Shown: positions 10,577 through 19,613, counted from the first letter of the stretch. The stretch is DNA of 64,000 bases from an uncultured Streptomycetaceae bacterium (GCA_964521405.1 CAZFRR010000176.1:16285-80284), one strand, 5' to 3'. Numbers and translations are program-made. The notes: a model not told the origin generated them from the sequence alone.

Positions 10577-11449
10577 GTGAAAACGCTCAACATCATTGGC
10601 TCCGGCAGGGTGGGCCGCGCCTGCGGCCGGTTGTGGGCGCGGGCGCGCGTGTTCGAGATCCAGGACGTGCTGACCCGCTCGCGCGCAAGCGCCGGCGAGG
10701 GCGTGAAATTCATCGGCGCGGGGCGTGCGGTCGGCCAGCTCGAGGAGATGCGCCCAGCCGATGTCTGGATGATCGCCACCCGCGACGACGCGATCGTGCC
10801 GAGCTGCGTGACGCTGGCCGCGTCGGGCAAGATCATCCCGGATGACATCGTTTTTCACGTGAGCGGCGCGACGCCGTCGAGTGATCTCGCCGCGGTGAAG
10901 GAAAAAGGCGCGCTCGTCGCAAGCGTGCATCCGATCAAGACCTTTACCGACGCTGAGGCCGCGGCGCGGACGTTCCGGGGAACCTTCTGCAGCGCCGAGG
11001 GCGACAGCGGGGCGCTGCAAGTGCTCAAGCCCGCGTTCGAGGGAATCGGCGCGACAGTATTCGACATCGATGCCGCACTGAAGCCCGTCTATCACTCGGG
11101 CGGCGTGTTCGCCTGCAACTACCTGGTCGCGCTGATCGAGGCGGCGCTGCGCGCGCACGAGAAAGCCGGGATACCGCGGAGCGCGTCGTTGAAGGCGCTG
11201 GAGCCCATGGTGCGCGAAACGGTGGACGCGATCTTCGACAAAGGACCGGCGCCGGCGCTGACCGGCCCGATCTCCCGCGGGGACGTCGCGACGGTCAGGC
11301 GCCAGTACGCCAAGGTGCGCGACTGGGATCCTGAACTCGGCGCGCTCTACCGCGGCCTGGGCCTGATCGCTGTCGCGCTCGCCGAGTCCGATCATCGCAT
11401 CGATGCTGCGCGCGCGGCGGCACTGCGCGATGCGCTGTCCATCAAGTAA
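10577..11449 (+). CDS. Rossmann-like / DUF2520-type putative oxidoreductase
   Basis: GTG start. MKTLNIIGSGRVGRA is a dinucleotide-binding loop. Length and layout match the Rossmann plus DUF2520 proteins I remember. Confidence 0.55.
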   Translation: MKTLNIIGSGRVGRACGRLWARARVFEIQDVLTRSRASAGEGVKFIGAGRAVGQLEEMRPADVWMIATRDDAIVPSCVTLAASGKIIPDDIVFHVSGATPSSDLAAVKEKGALVASVHPIKTFTDAEAAARTFRGTFCSAEGDSGALQVLKPAFEGIGATVFDIDAALKPVYHSGGVFACNYLVALIEAALRAHEKAGIPRSASLKALEPMVRETVDAIFDKGPAPALTGPISRGDVATVRRQYAKVRDWDPELGALYRGLGLIAVALAESDHRIDAARAAALRDALSIK

Positions 11450-11470
11450 ACTGGTCGCAGCGCTTTCGTC

Positions 11471-11512
11471 GACTCACGAATCACGACTCACGAATCACGA
11501 CTGACGATTCAC
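11471..11512. repeat. tandem heptamers (GACTCAC/GAATCAC) x6
   Basis: gactcac gaatcac gactcac gaatcac gactgac gattcac. Single array ending 8 nt before the radical SAM start codon. Confidence 0.8.
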
Positions 11513-11519
11513 GCCCTCC

Positions 11520-12623
11520 ATGCCTTTGAAGACCCTCTCCGGAAAACACGCCGATCCGCGCAAAGGCCGCGGCGCGGGCATCAACCCTGAGGGCCGCTTC
11601 GAGAAGGTCGAGCGCGAGGCTTTCGACGACGGCTGGAATACCCCGGAAGACGAACTGCCGCCGTTGAAGACCCATGTTACCGAGGAGCGGGTAAAGAGCA
11701 TCATTTCCCGCAACGACTCGCCCGACATTCCTTTCACGCAATCCATCAATCCCTATGCGGGATGCGAACATGGATGCTCATACTGCTACGCTCGTCCTTC
11801 GCACGCCTACCGCAACCTTTCCCCCGGCATCGACTTCGAGACGCGCCTTTTCGCCAAGGTAAACGCCGCCGAGAAGCTCCGCGAGGAATTGTCGAAGCCG
11901 GGATACCGCTGCGAAGTGATCTCGCTCGGCGCCAACACCGACCCCTACCAGCCGGTCGAGCGCGGGCTGAAGATTACCCGCGGCATTCTCGAAGTGTGTG
12001 CGGAGTTCAACCAGCCGGTCAGCATCGTCACCAAGAATGCGCTGGTCGAGCGCGACATCGACATCCTCGCGCCGATGGCGAAGAAGAACCTCGCGGCGGT
12101 GTTCATCTCCTGCAACAACCTCGACCACGATCTCGCGCGCCGGCTGGAGCCGCGCTGCTCCGCTCCAACGCGGCGCTTGCAGGCGATAAGGCGCCTGGCG
12201 GAGGCCGGCATCCCCGCGGGCGTGCTGGTCGCGCCGGTGATCCCGTTTCTCACCGACCACCAGATCGAGCCGGTGCTGGAGGCGGCGTGGGAGCACGGCG
12301 CGCGGCAGACCGGTTACATCCTGATGCGGCTGCCGTGGGAGGTGAAGGATCTCTTCCGGGAATGGCTCGAGCGCCATTATCCTCTCAAGGCGAAGCACGT
12401 GATGAGCCGGGTGCACGAGATGCGCGGCGGGCGCGACAACGACCCCAATTTCGGCAGCCGCATGAAAGGCGAGGGCGAGCTCGCGCGGCTGCTCGCGCAG
12501 CGCTTCAAGCAGGCCTGCGAGCGGCTCGGCTACAATTCGGGAGAGCGCAACCGCTCGCTCGACACCACGCAGTTCCGGGCGCCGGCGCGGGCGGGGCAGC
12601 TGTCGCTGTTCAGTGGCGAGTGA
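11520..12623 (+). CDS. radical SAM protein (PA0069 / SplB-like family)
   Basis: N-terminal KGRGAGINPEGRFE and the CxxxCxxC cluster in NPYAGCEHGCSYCYAR. Confidence 0.75.
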   Translation: MPLKTLSGKHADPRKGRGAGINPEGRFEKVEREAFDDGWNTPEDELPPLKTHVTEERVKSIISRNDSPDIPFTQSINPYAGCEHGCSYCYARPSHAYRNLSPGIDFETRLFAKVNAAEKLREELSKPGYRCEVISLGANTDPYQPVERGLKITRGILEVCAEFNQPVSIVTKNALVERDIDILAPMAKKNLAAVFISCNNLDHDLARRLEPRCSAPTRRLQAIRRLAEAGIPAGVLVAPVIPFLTDHQIEPVLEAAWEHGARQTGYILMRLPWEVKDLFREWLERHYPLKAKHVMSRVHEMRGGRDNDPNFGSRMKGEGELARLLAQRFKQACERLGYNSGERNRSLDTTQFRAPARAGQLSLFSGE

Positions 12624-12647
12624 CGAGTGGCGAGGGGCGAGGGGCGA
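12613..12647. repeat. tandem heptamers (GTGGCGA/GGGGCGA) x5, overlapping the radical SAM stop codon
   Basis: gtggcga gtgacga gtggcga ggggcga ggggcga. The TGA at 12621-12623 lies inside unit 2. Confidence 0.75.
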
Positions 12648-12665
12648 AACGGCGGTGAATGACGC

Positions 12666-13622
12666 ATGAAGAACGAAGTGAAGCTCTACGTTGGTGAATC
12701 GCTCGGGAAATACGGCTTTCCCGACGGGCACCCGTTCGGGACCGACCGCCAGGACGCGTTCTGGAAGGAGGCGGTGAAGCAGGGACTCGACAAGCGCGCC
12801 GCGATTGCCGACCCGCGGATGGCGGCGCAGGAGGAGTTGCACCGCTTCCACACGCCCGAGCACGTGGCCTGGGTGAAGGAAAGATCCGATGAGGGCCACG
12901 GCACCATCGACTACGGCGACACGCCGGCCTGTCCGGGCATTTATGAGGCGGCGGCGACGGTGGCGGGCTCGGCCCTGCATGGCCTCGACACCATCATGAG
13001 CGGCGGCGCGCAGCGCACTTTCCAGCCGATCGGGGGCCTGCACCACGCGCGCCGCGGCACGGCGGCGGGATTCTGCGTGTTCAACGACGTCGGCGTCGTC
13101 ATCGACACGCTGCGCAGCCAGTTCGGGGTGAAGCGCATCGCCTACGTGGACATCGACGTGCATCACGGCGACGGGCTCTACTACCCGTACGAGGAAGACC
13201 CGGATCTCATCTACGCCGACATCCACCAGGACGGGCGCACGCTTTACCCCGGGACCGGCCACGCGCATGAGACCGGCAAGGGCGCGGCGAAGGGCACCAA
13301 GCTCAACATCCCGCTGATGCCGGGGATGGGAGACAAGGAGTTTCTCGCTGCGTGGCCCCAGGTCGAGGCGCACCTGCGCCAGTTCAAGCCGGAATTTTTC
13401 CTGTTCCAGTGCGGCGCCGACAGCCTCGCGGGCGATCCGCTCGCGATGCTCCAGTACACGCCGGCCCCGCACGCGCACGCGGCGAAGCGCTTGTGCGTGC
13501 TGGCCAACGAGATGGCCGGCGGGCGCATCATGGGTTTTGGTGGTGGGGGCTACAACCGTGCCAATCTCGCCGCGGCGTGGTGCGGGGTTCTCGATGAGTT
13601 CATTAAAGGTTCGGAAAGCTGA
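12666..13622 (+). CDS. histone deacetylase-family (AcuC/acetylpolyamine amidohydrolase-like) deacetylase
   Basis: HHARRGTAAGFCVFNDVGV and DIDVHHGDG are active-site motifs. Confidence 0.85.
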   Translation: MKNEVKLYVGESLGKYGFPDGHPFGTDRQDAFWKEAVKQGLDKRAAIADPRMAAQEELHRFHTPEHVAWVKERSDEGHGTIDYGDTPACPGIYEAAATVAGSALHGLDTIMSGGAQRTFQPIGGLHHARRGTAAGFCVFNDVGVVIDTLRSQFGVKRIAYVDIDVHHGDGLYYPYEEDPDLIYADIHQDGRTLYPGTGHAHETGKGAAKGTKLNIPLMPGMGDKEFLAAWPQVEAHLRQFKPEFFLFQCGADSLAGDPLAMLQYTPAPHAHAAKRLCVLANEMAGGRIMGFGGGGYNRANLAAAWCGVLDEFIKGSES

Positions 13623-13687
13623 ACCACGAAGGGCGCCAAGGAAGAATCAAGAACAATATTGAACCGCCAAGACGCCATGACGCCAGG
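13621..13687. repeat. left-type arms (GAACCACGAAGG..., TTGAACCGCCAAGACGCCATGACGCCAGG)
   Basis: Complementary in design to the arms at 15546-15616, about 1.9 kb away on the other side of the low-GC islet. Confidence 0.65.
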
Positions 13688-13703
13688 AAATAAAAAGTCG
13701 GCA

Positions 13704-13782
13704 GATTAACATTGCGCATCACCGGCAGGACAAGGCAAGCGAAGCGCCGCATTCGACTGCCCGGTGCATGCGCGGGTTAGGC
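13704..13782 (-). other. attC-like recombination site following the methyltransferase cassette
   Basis: Minus-strand reading: GCCTAAC-ccgcgcatgcaccgggcag-...-ctgccggtgatgcgcaat-GTTAATC. This gives an RYYYAAC inverse core, an imperfect palindrome with two unpaired bases, and a GTTRRRY-like core. Length 79 bp, starting 20 nt after the stop codon. Confidence 0.5.
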
Positions 13783-13802
13783 AGGCTATTCATTTCTTAA
13801 AC

Positions 13803-14612
13803 CTATAGCTGGGCAAGTAACACGTGGGTGCGCATCGGGTACCTGAGTTCACCGTCTGTCACGTGAGGCTCTAGCGTCGCCCTCACCTGCTTGAAAAACC
13901 CATCGCGCCCACTTTCAGGGAGAAGAGCCACGGCATGCCGAGTAGACGGTGACCCCAGGGTCATTCCGTCAATAAACGATTCGAGGGACGTGAAGTGAGA
14001 CACTCCATCCTCGGTGCGTAGTTGTATCCGAGAGAACCCTGCACGAGTAGCCGCGTCGCGGATATCCTCTGGATTGGAGAACGAGCATGCACGCTTTGCC
14101 GCTGATGCATCAACGCCTTGACTCTCCAGTGCCTGAACCACCGCATAATGTCCCTTGTTGTACTCAAGGGGCCCCCAAATACTTGCCGCTAGCCGACCCG
14201 ACGGCTTGAGAATCCGACGAATCTCAGCGAGGCCGGCGTGACGATCTGGCAAGAATTGGAGGCCCTGAAGGCAAAGACAGAGATCAAACGTGGCGTCTTT
14301 GAGTGGCATTTGGAGCGCACTTGCGCAATGCCATTCCATCGGAGTCCTTGTGCCCCGCGCCAGCCTACGCGCCACTTCAATCACGCCTGAATCGATATCA
14401 ACGCCCACGACTTTTCCAGCCGGACCAACGAATCGTGCGGCCACCCTTGCCCCGATACCGGTGCCACAGGCTACGTCGGCCACGTGCTCTCCCGATTGCG
14501 GAGCTATGAAGCCAACGACAAGCTCCGTCCAGTGAGCGAACATTCCCGGGACCATGTGTCTCTCATATGCCTCTGCAGTCGTCGTGTCGATCGGCTGATT
14601 TTCTTGTGACAT
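13803..14612 (-). CDS. class I SAM-dependent methyltransferase
   Basis: VADVACGTGIGARVAA is motif I. Lower GC than the flanks. RBS ggaggtgg lies upstream. Confidence 0.8.
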   Translation of the reverse strand: MSQENQPIDTTTAEAYERHMVPGMFAHWTELVVGFIAPQSGEHVADVACGTGIGARVAARFVGPAGKVVGVDIDSGVIEVARRLARGTRTPMEWHCASALQMPLKDATFDLCLCLQGLQFLPDRHAGLAEIRRILKPSGRLAASIWGPLEYNKGHYAVVQALESQGVDASAAKRACSFSNPEDIRDAATRAGFSRIQLRTEDGVSHFTSLESFIDGMTLGSPSTRHAVALLPESGRDGFFKQVRATLEPHVTDGELRYPMRTHVLLAQL

Positions 14613-14653
14613 ATTCGCTCCACCTCCTTCCCAGTACGGTGCCGCGGTCGCCT

Positions 14654-14745
14654 GCCTAACGTCTTGGCGTGCGGCGGGCCGGCGCGATGGTCCAAGCTAC
14701 TGCGACGCTAGCGGCCCGTCCGCACCACCTAAAAGATAGAACGCT
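14654..14745 (-). other. attC-like site following the cupin cassette (degenerate inverse core)
   Basis: The minus strand ends in GTTAGGC (complement of 14654-14660). The internal imperfect palindrome pairs ggtgcggacgggccg with cggcccgccgcacgcc, with one unpaired base. The R''-side is poorly conserved. Confidence 0.4.
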
Positions 14746-14766
14746 CACGAATAACCCTACGCAATG

Positions 14767-15057
14767 TCAACCCTTCTGCCGCTTCAATTCGACTTCGACG
14801 AAGGTATAGAGAGCGTTCCCAACATTGAACACATCGTGCTCAACGCCGGCTTTTCGGAAATAGGCTTTTCCGGTTTGCAATTGCATGACGCTCTCGCCCG
14901 CCGGTCCGGTGGCTTTGATCGTTCCCGCGGTCAGGGGGACCACGGCGTAGTCGTAATTGTGGCGGTGATAGCCCGTCGCGTCGCCGGGCCCGAGCCGCCA
15001 TTCCGTGATGCGAACGTCATCGTTCTCCTCGTGGATCAGAGGTTTTACTGTGCTCAT
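14767..15057 (-). CDS. cupin domain protein (96 aa)
   Basis: GYHRHNYDYAVVPLTAG...AGVEHDVFN matches cupin motifs 1 and 2. Small cassette-sized ORF in the low-GC islet. Confidence 0.7.
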   Translation of the reverse strand: MSTVKPLIHEENDDVRITEWRLGPGDATGYHRHNYDYAVVPLTAGTIKATGPAGESVMQLQTGKAYFRKAGVEHDVFNVGNALYTFVEVELKRQKG

Positions 15058-15329
15058 GATGGTCTCCTATTCAAGAACAAAAGCCCGCCGATTTCACGAC
15101 GGGGTGCGGCATGCATCGGAAATGCGGGACAGACATGTGTGATAGAGCGTTCTAACGTTCAATCATAAGCAAAAGTGCTTATTAGCATGGTCGCTTCCAG
15201 TCTTTGTTTCGTCATTCTGCCTTTGAATCATTGCGCTAAAGAACTGTATATTTCTACAGTATCCACGATGAACGGCTATTTATGGGTCAAGCCCCTGATT
15301 CCCTCCGGGATTCTTCAAAAGCATCCCAT

Positions 15330-15505
15330 GCGCCCCGCCTGATCGAGCGTTTTCGCGCGGCGATCCGCTCGCGTCACTACAGCCGGTGCATCGAATGAAC
15401 AAGGGCGGGCGAGGAGTGAAGATCCCGCTCGATTCCAGCGGCGTTGGCCAGCCGCCGGTCGCGCGGGACGTCACCGCGGATTACAGTGAGCGGTCGCCCG
15501 GCTAA
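15330..15505 (+). pseudogene. integron-integrase-like tyrosine recombinase remnant (N-terminal and C-terminal ends only, internal deletion plus frameshift)
   Basis: 15339-15398 encodes LIERFRAAIRSRHYSRCIE*, compared with IntI LDQLRERIRYLHYSLRTE. 15395-15505, in another frame, encodes MNKGGRGVKIPLDSS..., compared with the IntI C-terminus KVGGAGVRSPLD. About 280 codons of the catalytic core are missing. Confidence 0.5.
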
Positions 15506-15545
15506 CGCGATCCAGGCAATCCCGTATATTGAAGCGTAATTCTGT

Positions 15546-15616
15546 TTCTCTCTGCGGCTCGGCGGTTCAATTGTCGTTCTTGAGTTTCTTGGCGGCCTTG
15601 GCGTCTTGGCGGTGAG
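15546..15616. repeat. right-type arms (…CTCGGCGGTTCAA; TTCTTGGCGGCCTTGGCGTCTTGGCGGTGAG)
   Basis: ttctctctgcggctcggcggttcaa (15546-15570) and ttcttggcggccttggcgtcttggcggtgag (15586-15616). The latter is the near reverse complement of 13659-13687. Confidence 0.7.
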
Positions 15617-15624
15617 AGGTTCAG

Positions 15625-17043
15625 CTAACCGAGCAGCCGCTGCACCCGCCGCGCCGCGGCGACGTGCCCGTCCTTGAGGAACCGCTCGTGGTTCTCGTCC
15701 ACCTTGTCAAGGTCGTAGCGGTAGCTCGCCATCATGCCGTAAGACTGCCGCATGCCGCGGGCGGAGGTGTCCGCCAGCCAGTAGATGCGGCTCACCCGCG
15801 CGCCGTTGTGGAGATGGAACTGCGCGACCGGGTCGAGCGGCTGGTTGCCGGATTTTTCCTGCAGGAGGTAGCGGGCGCACAGTTTTTCCAGCAGCTCGCG
15901 CAGCGCGCTCCCGAAGCGGGCGTCGGTCAGCCATTCGGGACGAGCCAGCGCGTCGGCGATCGCGGTGCGGGGATCGGGATGCCCAAGCGCCTGGGCGAAC
16001 TTCGCTGCTTCCGCTTCCGGCAAAACCGCTCGCCCTTCGGCGAGCGCCTGGTCCAGCCACTTGCGAAAGCCGGGAAGCGGCGAGAGAGTTGAGAATATCT
16101 TCAGGCGCGGCAGGTCACGCCGCAGATCCTCGATCACGCGTTTCAGCAGCAGGTTGCCAAGGCTGATGCCGCGGAGCCCCTTCTGCGTGTTGGAGATCGA
16201 GTAGAAGACCGCGGTGTCGGCGGCGCCCGGGTCCTGCAGCGGCGCGCTCTCGTCGAGCAGCAGCTGAACGCTGTCCGGGGTGCCGCTCAACAGCGCGATC
16301 TCGACGAAGATCATCGGCTCGTCGGGCAGTCGCGGATGGAAAAACGCGTAGCAGCGGCGGTCGGTGTCGAGGCGGTTCCTGAGATCGTTCCACGAGGCGA
16401 TCGGGTGCACGGCCTCGTAGGTCATGAGCTTTTCGAGCACGAGCGCCGGCGACTGCCAGGTGATGCGCTTCAACTCGAGAAAGCCCGGGTCGAACCAGCT
16501 CTCGAGCAGCCCGTCGAGCTCGACCCGCAGCACTTCGAGCGCGGGTTCGTGCGGCAGCAGCGCCAGCAGGTCGGCGCGCAGGTCGACGAGAAACTTCACG
16601 CCCTCCGGCAGGAGGTTGAACTGCGCAAAAAACTTCGCGCGCGGCGCATTCAACGCGATGCGCAGCCGGGCCTCCGCCTGGCTCAGTTCGGCGTCGTTAG
16701 CCGCGCCCCGCATCGCCGCGATCGCGCTCTCGAGCGCGTCACGATCGGGTGCAAACGCATGGGTTATCAGGTTGAGGATGGCGGCGCGCTGCGGCAGGTC
16801 GGCGCCGCGGTAGAGCGCCGCGATGCGCCCGGCGCGCGCGCGCGCGGTGACCTCGCTGCCGCGATGGGCCCGGATTTCCTCGAGCAGCGGCTCGATCCGT
16901 TCGATCAGTCGCGCGGCGGCCTGATCGGCGGCGGTTGCCCCGGCTGTGGGGAAAACCGATGTGGCAAGCCGGTGCCACCAGTGGCGCAGCCGCTCTAAGG
17001 CGGTGAGCGGGTTCGGTTTGCTGGCCACGCGGTTCATAGACAT
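15625..17043 (-). CDS. malonyl-CoA decarboxylase family protein
   Basis: FFHPRLPDEPMIFVEIAL, FYSISNTQKGLRGISLGNLLLKRV and FSTLSPLPGFRKWL are MCD-family blocks. Start ambiguous: M at 17043, 17037 or 17097. Confidence 0.8.
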   Translation of the reverse strand: MSMNRVASKPNPLTALERLRHWWHRLATSVFPTAGATAADQAAARLIERIEPLLEEIRAHRGSEVTARARAGRIAALYRGADLPQRAAILNLITHAFAPDRDALESAIAAMRGAANDAELSQAEARLRIALNAPRAKFFAQFNLLPEGVKFLVDLRADLLALLPHEPALEVLRVELDGLLESWFDPGFLELKRITWQSPALVLEKLMTYEAVHPIASWNDLRNRLDTDRRCYAFFHPRLPDEPMIFVEIALLSGTPDSVQLLLDESAPLQDPGAADTAVFYSISNTQKGLRGISLGNLLLKRVIEDLRRDLPRLKIFSTLSPLPGFRKWLDQALAEGRAVLPEAEAAKFAQALGHPDPRTAIADALARPEWLTDARFGSALRELLEKLCARYLLQEKSGNQPLDPVAQFHLHNGARVSRIYWLADTSARGMRQSYGMMASYRYDLDKVDENHERFLKDGHVAAARRVQRLLG

Positions 17044-17208
17044 CTTTCTTCGATATTCCTGCCATGCCGATTCTAGCCAGCCGCCGTGACAGTTCAAAGC
17101 AATTCCCGACTGGATTGATTTGAATCGATGGGCGAGTCGTCAAAAACAGACACCCACCCGCTTCCGGAGTGCTACCTCGGCATCTACCCTATAATGATCG
17201 GACATCCG

Positions 17209-18216
17209 ATGCGGCTCAGCGTTCTCGACCAGTCCCCGATCATCAGCGGTCACACGCCGGCGCAGGCAGTGCACGAGACCATCCGCCTGGTGAAGGCGGC
17301 GGAGGCGCTCGGTTTTCACCGCTACTGGCTGGCCGAGCATCACTCGATTGCCGCGCTGGCCGACCCCTGTCCCGAGATCCTGCTGGCGAGGATAGCGGCC
17401 GAGACCTCGCGCATCCGCGTCGGGACCGGCGGCATCCTGCTGCCGTATTACAGCCCGCTCAAGGTGGCGGAGCAGTTCCGCATGCTCGAGGCGCTCTACC
17501 CGGGCCGCATCGACCTCGGCATCGGGCGCGCGCCGGGCGGCGACCAGGTCACCAACCTCGCGATGGGCGAAGGGCGCTATAGTGGAGCGGAGCACTTCCC
17601 GGAGCAGGTGCAGTATGTCGTCGCCTATCTCGACGGCGCGCTGCCCAAGGAGCACCCGTTCGCCGGCGTGAAGGTCATGCCGGCGGGCCCGACGGCCCCG
17701 GAAGTCTGGCTGCTCGGCTCTTCGGACTACAGCGGGGCGCTCGCGGCACAGCTCGGCCTGCGCTTCGCCTTCGCGAATTTCATCAGCGCCGACGGCGGGG
17801 ATGCCGTGATGCGGGAATACCAGCGCCGCTACCAGCCTTCGCAGCGCGAGCCGCGGCCGCACGCCCTGCTGTGCGTGTTCGTGATTTGCGCTCAAACGGC
17901 GGCCGAGGCCGAGCGGCTTGCCGGCAGCATCGATCTGCGCCGGCTCAACATGGATTACGGCGTCAACGCGCCGGTGCCCACCGAGGAAGAGGCGGCGCAC
18001 TATCCCTATACCGAGGCCGATCGCCGGCGCATCGCCCACAATCGCCGCCGCGTCGTGCTCGGCACGCCCGATTCGGTGCGCGACCGCCTGCTGCAAATGC
18101 AGGAGGCCTTCCAGGCCGACGAGTTGATGGCGATCACCATCACGGGGGACTATGACACCCGCTTGAAGTCCTACGAACTGCTGGCGCGGGCCTTCAACCT
18201 GGGTCAGCCAGTTTGA
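17209..18216 (+). CDS. LLM-class (luciferase-like) flavin-dependent oxidoreductase
   Basis: MRLSVLDQSPIISGHTPAQAVHETIRLVKAAEALGFHRYWLAEHH is a YhbW-like N-terminus. Confidence 0.8.
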   Translation: MRLSVLDQSPIISGHTPAQAVHETIRLVKAAEALGFHRYWLAEHHSIAALADPCPEILLARIAAETSRIRVGTGGILLPYYSPLKVAEQFRMLEALYPGRIDLGIGRAPGGDQVTNLAMGEGRYSGAEHFPEQVQYVVAYLDGALPKEHPFAGVKVMPAGPTAPEVWLLGSSDYSGALAAQLGLRFAFANFISADGGDAVMREYQRRYQPSQREPRPHALLCVFVICAQTAAEAERLAGSIDLRRLNMDYGVNAPVPTEEEAAHYPYTEADRRRIAHNRRRVVLGTPDSVRDRLLQMQEAFQADELMAITITGDYDTRLKSYELLARAFNLGQPV

Positions 18217-18318
18217 GCTTCGTGCGTTAATATGAGGGCGGCGTTACAGCAATCCGGCGCCGGGGTCCCGCTCCCAAGGGGCGGAATTTATTGAAATCAA
18301 TAAGTTGAGGAGTCGAGA

Positions 18319-18666
18319 ATGAAAAAGCTGATCGCAGCGCTGTGTTGTCTGATGCTGGTGGGCTCGCCGCTGGCGCTGGCCCAGGACAAAACCACCAGTA
18401 CCGCGCCGAAGAAGGAACCGACTGAAGCCCAGAAGAAGCAGCAGGAACGCATGAAGTCGTGCAATGCCACCGCCGGAGACAAGAAGCTCGAAGGCGACGC
18501 CCGCAAGAAGTTCATGAGTTCCTGTCTCTCGGGCGATACCGCGGGCCCTTCGGACAAGCAGAAGGCCCAGCAGCAAAAGATGAAAGACTGTAACGTGCAG
18601 GCGGGCAACAAGAAGCTCGAAGGCGATGCCCGCAAGTCGTTCATGAGCTCGTGCCTTAAAGGATAG
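18319..18666 (+). CDS. psiF: PsiF-repeat protein (phosphate starvation-inducible PsiF-like), secreted
   Basis: Signal peptide followed by two repeats, Q(E/Q)(R/K)MK(S/D)CN..AG.KKLEGDARK.FMSSCL. Confidence 0.75.
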   Translation: MKKLIAALCCLMLVGSPLALAQDKTTSTAPKKEPTEAQKKQQERMKSCNATAGDKKLEGDARKKFMSSCLSGDTAGPSDKQKAQQQKMKDCNVQAGNKKLEGDARKSFMSSCLKG

Positions 18667-18719
18667 CAGCGAGGATAGCAGTGGCTAGCGGGGGCGGGCC
18701 GATTGCCCGCCGCCTGGCG

Positions 18720-18760
18720 CAAGGGGCATACTGGGACAACCGGTGTGCCCCTTGTTTTTT
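18720..18760 (+). terminator. intrinsic terminator after psiF
   Basis: caaggggca...(17-nt loop)...tgccccttg followed by tttttt. Confidence 0.6.
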
Positions 18761-18810
18761 GACCTGTCAAAAAACAGGATTGGATTCAGACGGATTTTCA
18801 CGGAGCGGCA

Positions 18811-19569
18811 ATGCGCCCGGTATGGAATAGCCTGATCGCGATGGCCGGCGTGTTAATGGCGGCTGCGGGAGGAATGATGGAAGCCCAGGCGCAGGATACC
18901 TACGAGCCGCAGCGCAAGCGCATGGTGGAAGAGATCGCCGCGCTCGCGCGCGAGACGCGTTCCGAGACCGGGCGGACGGCGCTGTCGGAGCGCGTGATGG
19001 CGGCGATGGCGAAGGTGCCGCGCCACGAGTTCGTGCCCGAAGCCGAGAGGCGCAATGCCTACGCCAATCGGCCGCTGCCGATCGGCCTCGCGCAGACCAT
19101 TTCACAACCCTACATCGTCGCGCTGATGACCGACCTCATGGCGGTGCAGCCCGGCGACCGGGTGCTCGAAATCGGCACCGGCTCCGGCTACCAGGCGGCG
19201 GTGTTGTCGGAGCTCGCCGGCACGGTCTATACCGTGGAGATCGTCGAGCCGCTCGCGCGCGAGGCGCAGGAGCGGCTGAAGCGGCTGGGTTACCGCAACG
19301 TGACGGCGCGAACGGGCGATGGCTATCAAGGCTGGCCCGAGCACGCGCCGTTCGATTCCATCATGGTGACCGCCGCGCCACGCGAGGTGCCGCAACCGTT
19401 GATCGATCAGTTAAAGCCCGGCGGACGGCTGGTGGTGCCGGTAGGCGGCCAGGCCAGCGGACAATCCTTGCTGCTGATCGAGAAGCAGCCGGATGGAAAG
19501 ATCACGCGCCGCAACGTGCTCGCGGTGCGCTTCGTGCCTCTGACTGATAAGTCAGGAAAACAGCAGTGA
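18811..19569 (+). CDS. pcm: protein-L-isoaspartate O-methyltransferase with an N-terminal signal-like extension
   Basis: TISQPYIVALMT and VLEIGTGSGYQAAVLS motifs. N-terminus MRPVWNSLIAMAGVLMAAAGGMMEAQAQ is hydrophobic. Confidence 0.85.
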   Translation: MRPVWNSLIAMAGVLMAAAGGMMEAQAQDTYEPQRKRMVEEIAALARETRSETGRTALSERVMAAMAKVPRHEFVPEAERRNAYANRPLPIGLAQTISQPYIVALMTDLMAVQPGDRVLEIGTGSGYQAAVLSELAGTVYTVEIVEPLAREAQERLKRLGYRNVTARTGDGYQGWPEHAPFDSIMVTAAPREVPQPLIDQLKPGGRLVVPVGGQASGQSLLLIEKQPDGKITRRNVLAVRFVPLTDKSGKQQ

Positions 19570-19571
19570 AT

Positions 19572-19600
19572 AAAAAGAGCGGCCCGAGCCGCTCTTTTTA
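19572..19600. terminator. bidirectional intrinsic terminator between pcm and the convergent OMP gene
   Basis: aaaaAGAGCGGC-ccga-GCCGCTCTtttta, with an A-run and a T-run flanking an 8-bp GC stem. Confidence 0.8.
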
Positions 19601-19613
19601 TCCTGGGGAAACC

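Noticed and set aside
15280-15474. 64-aa minus-strand ORF in the islet.
   Set aside because: It has no motif support. The plus strand of the same region carries the two integrase-like fragments, which explain the sequence better.
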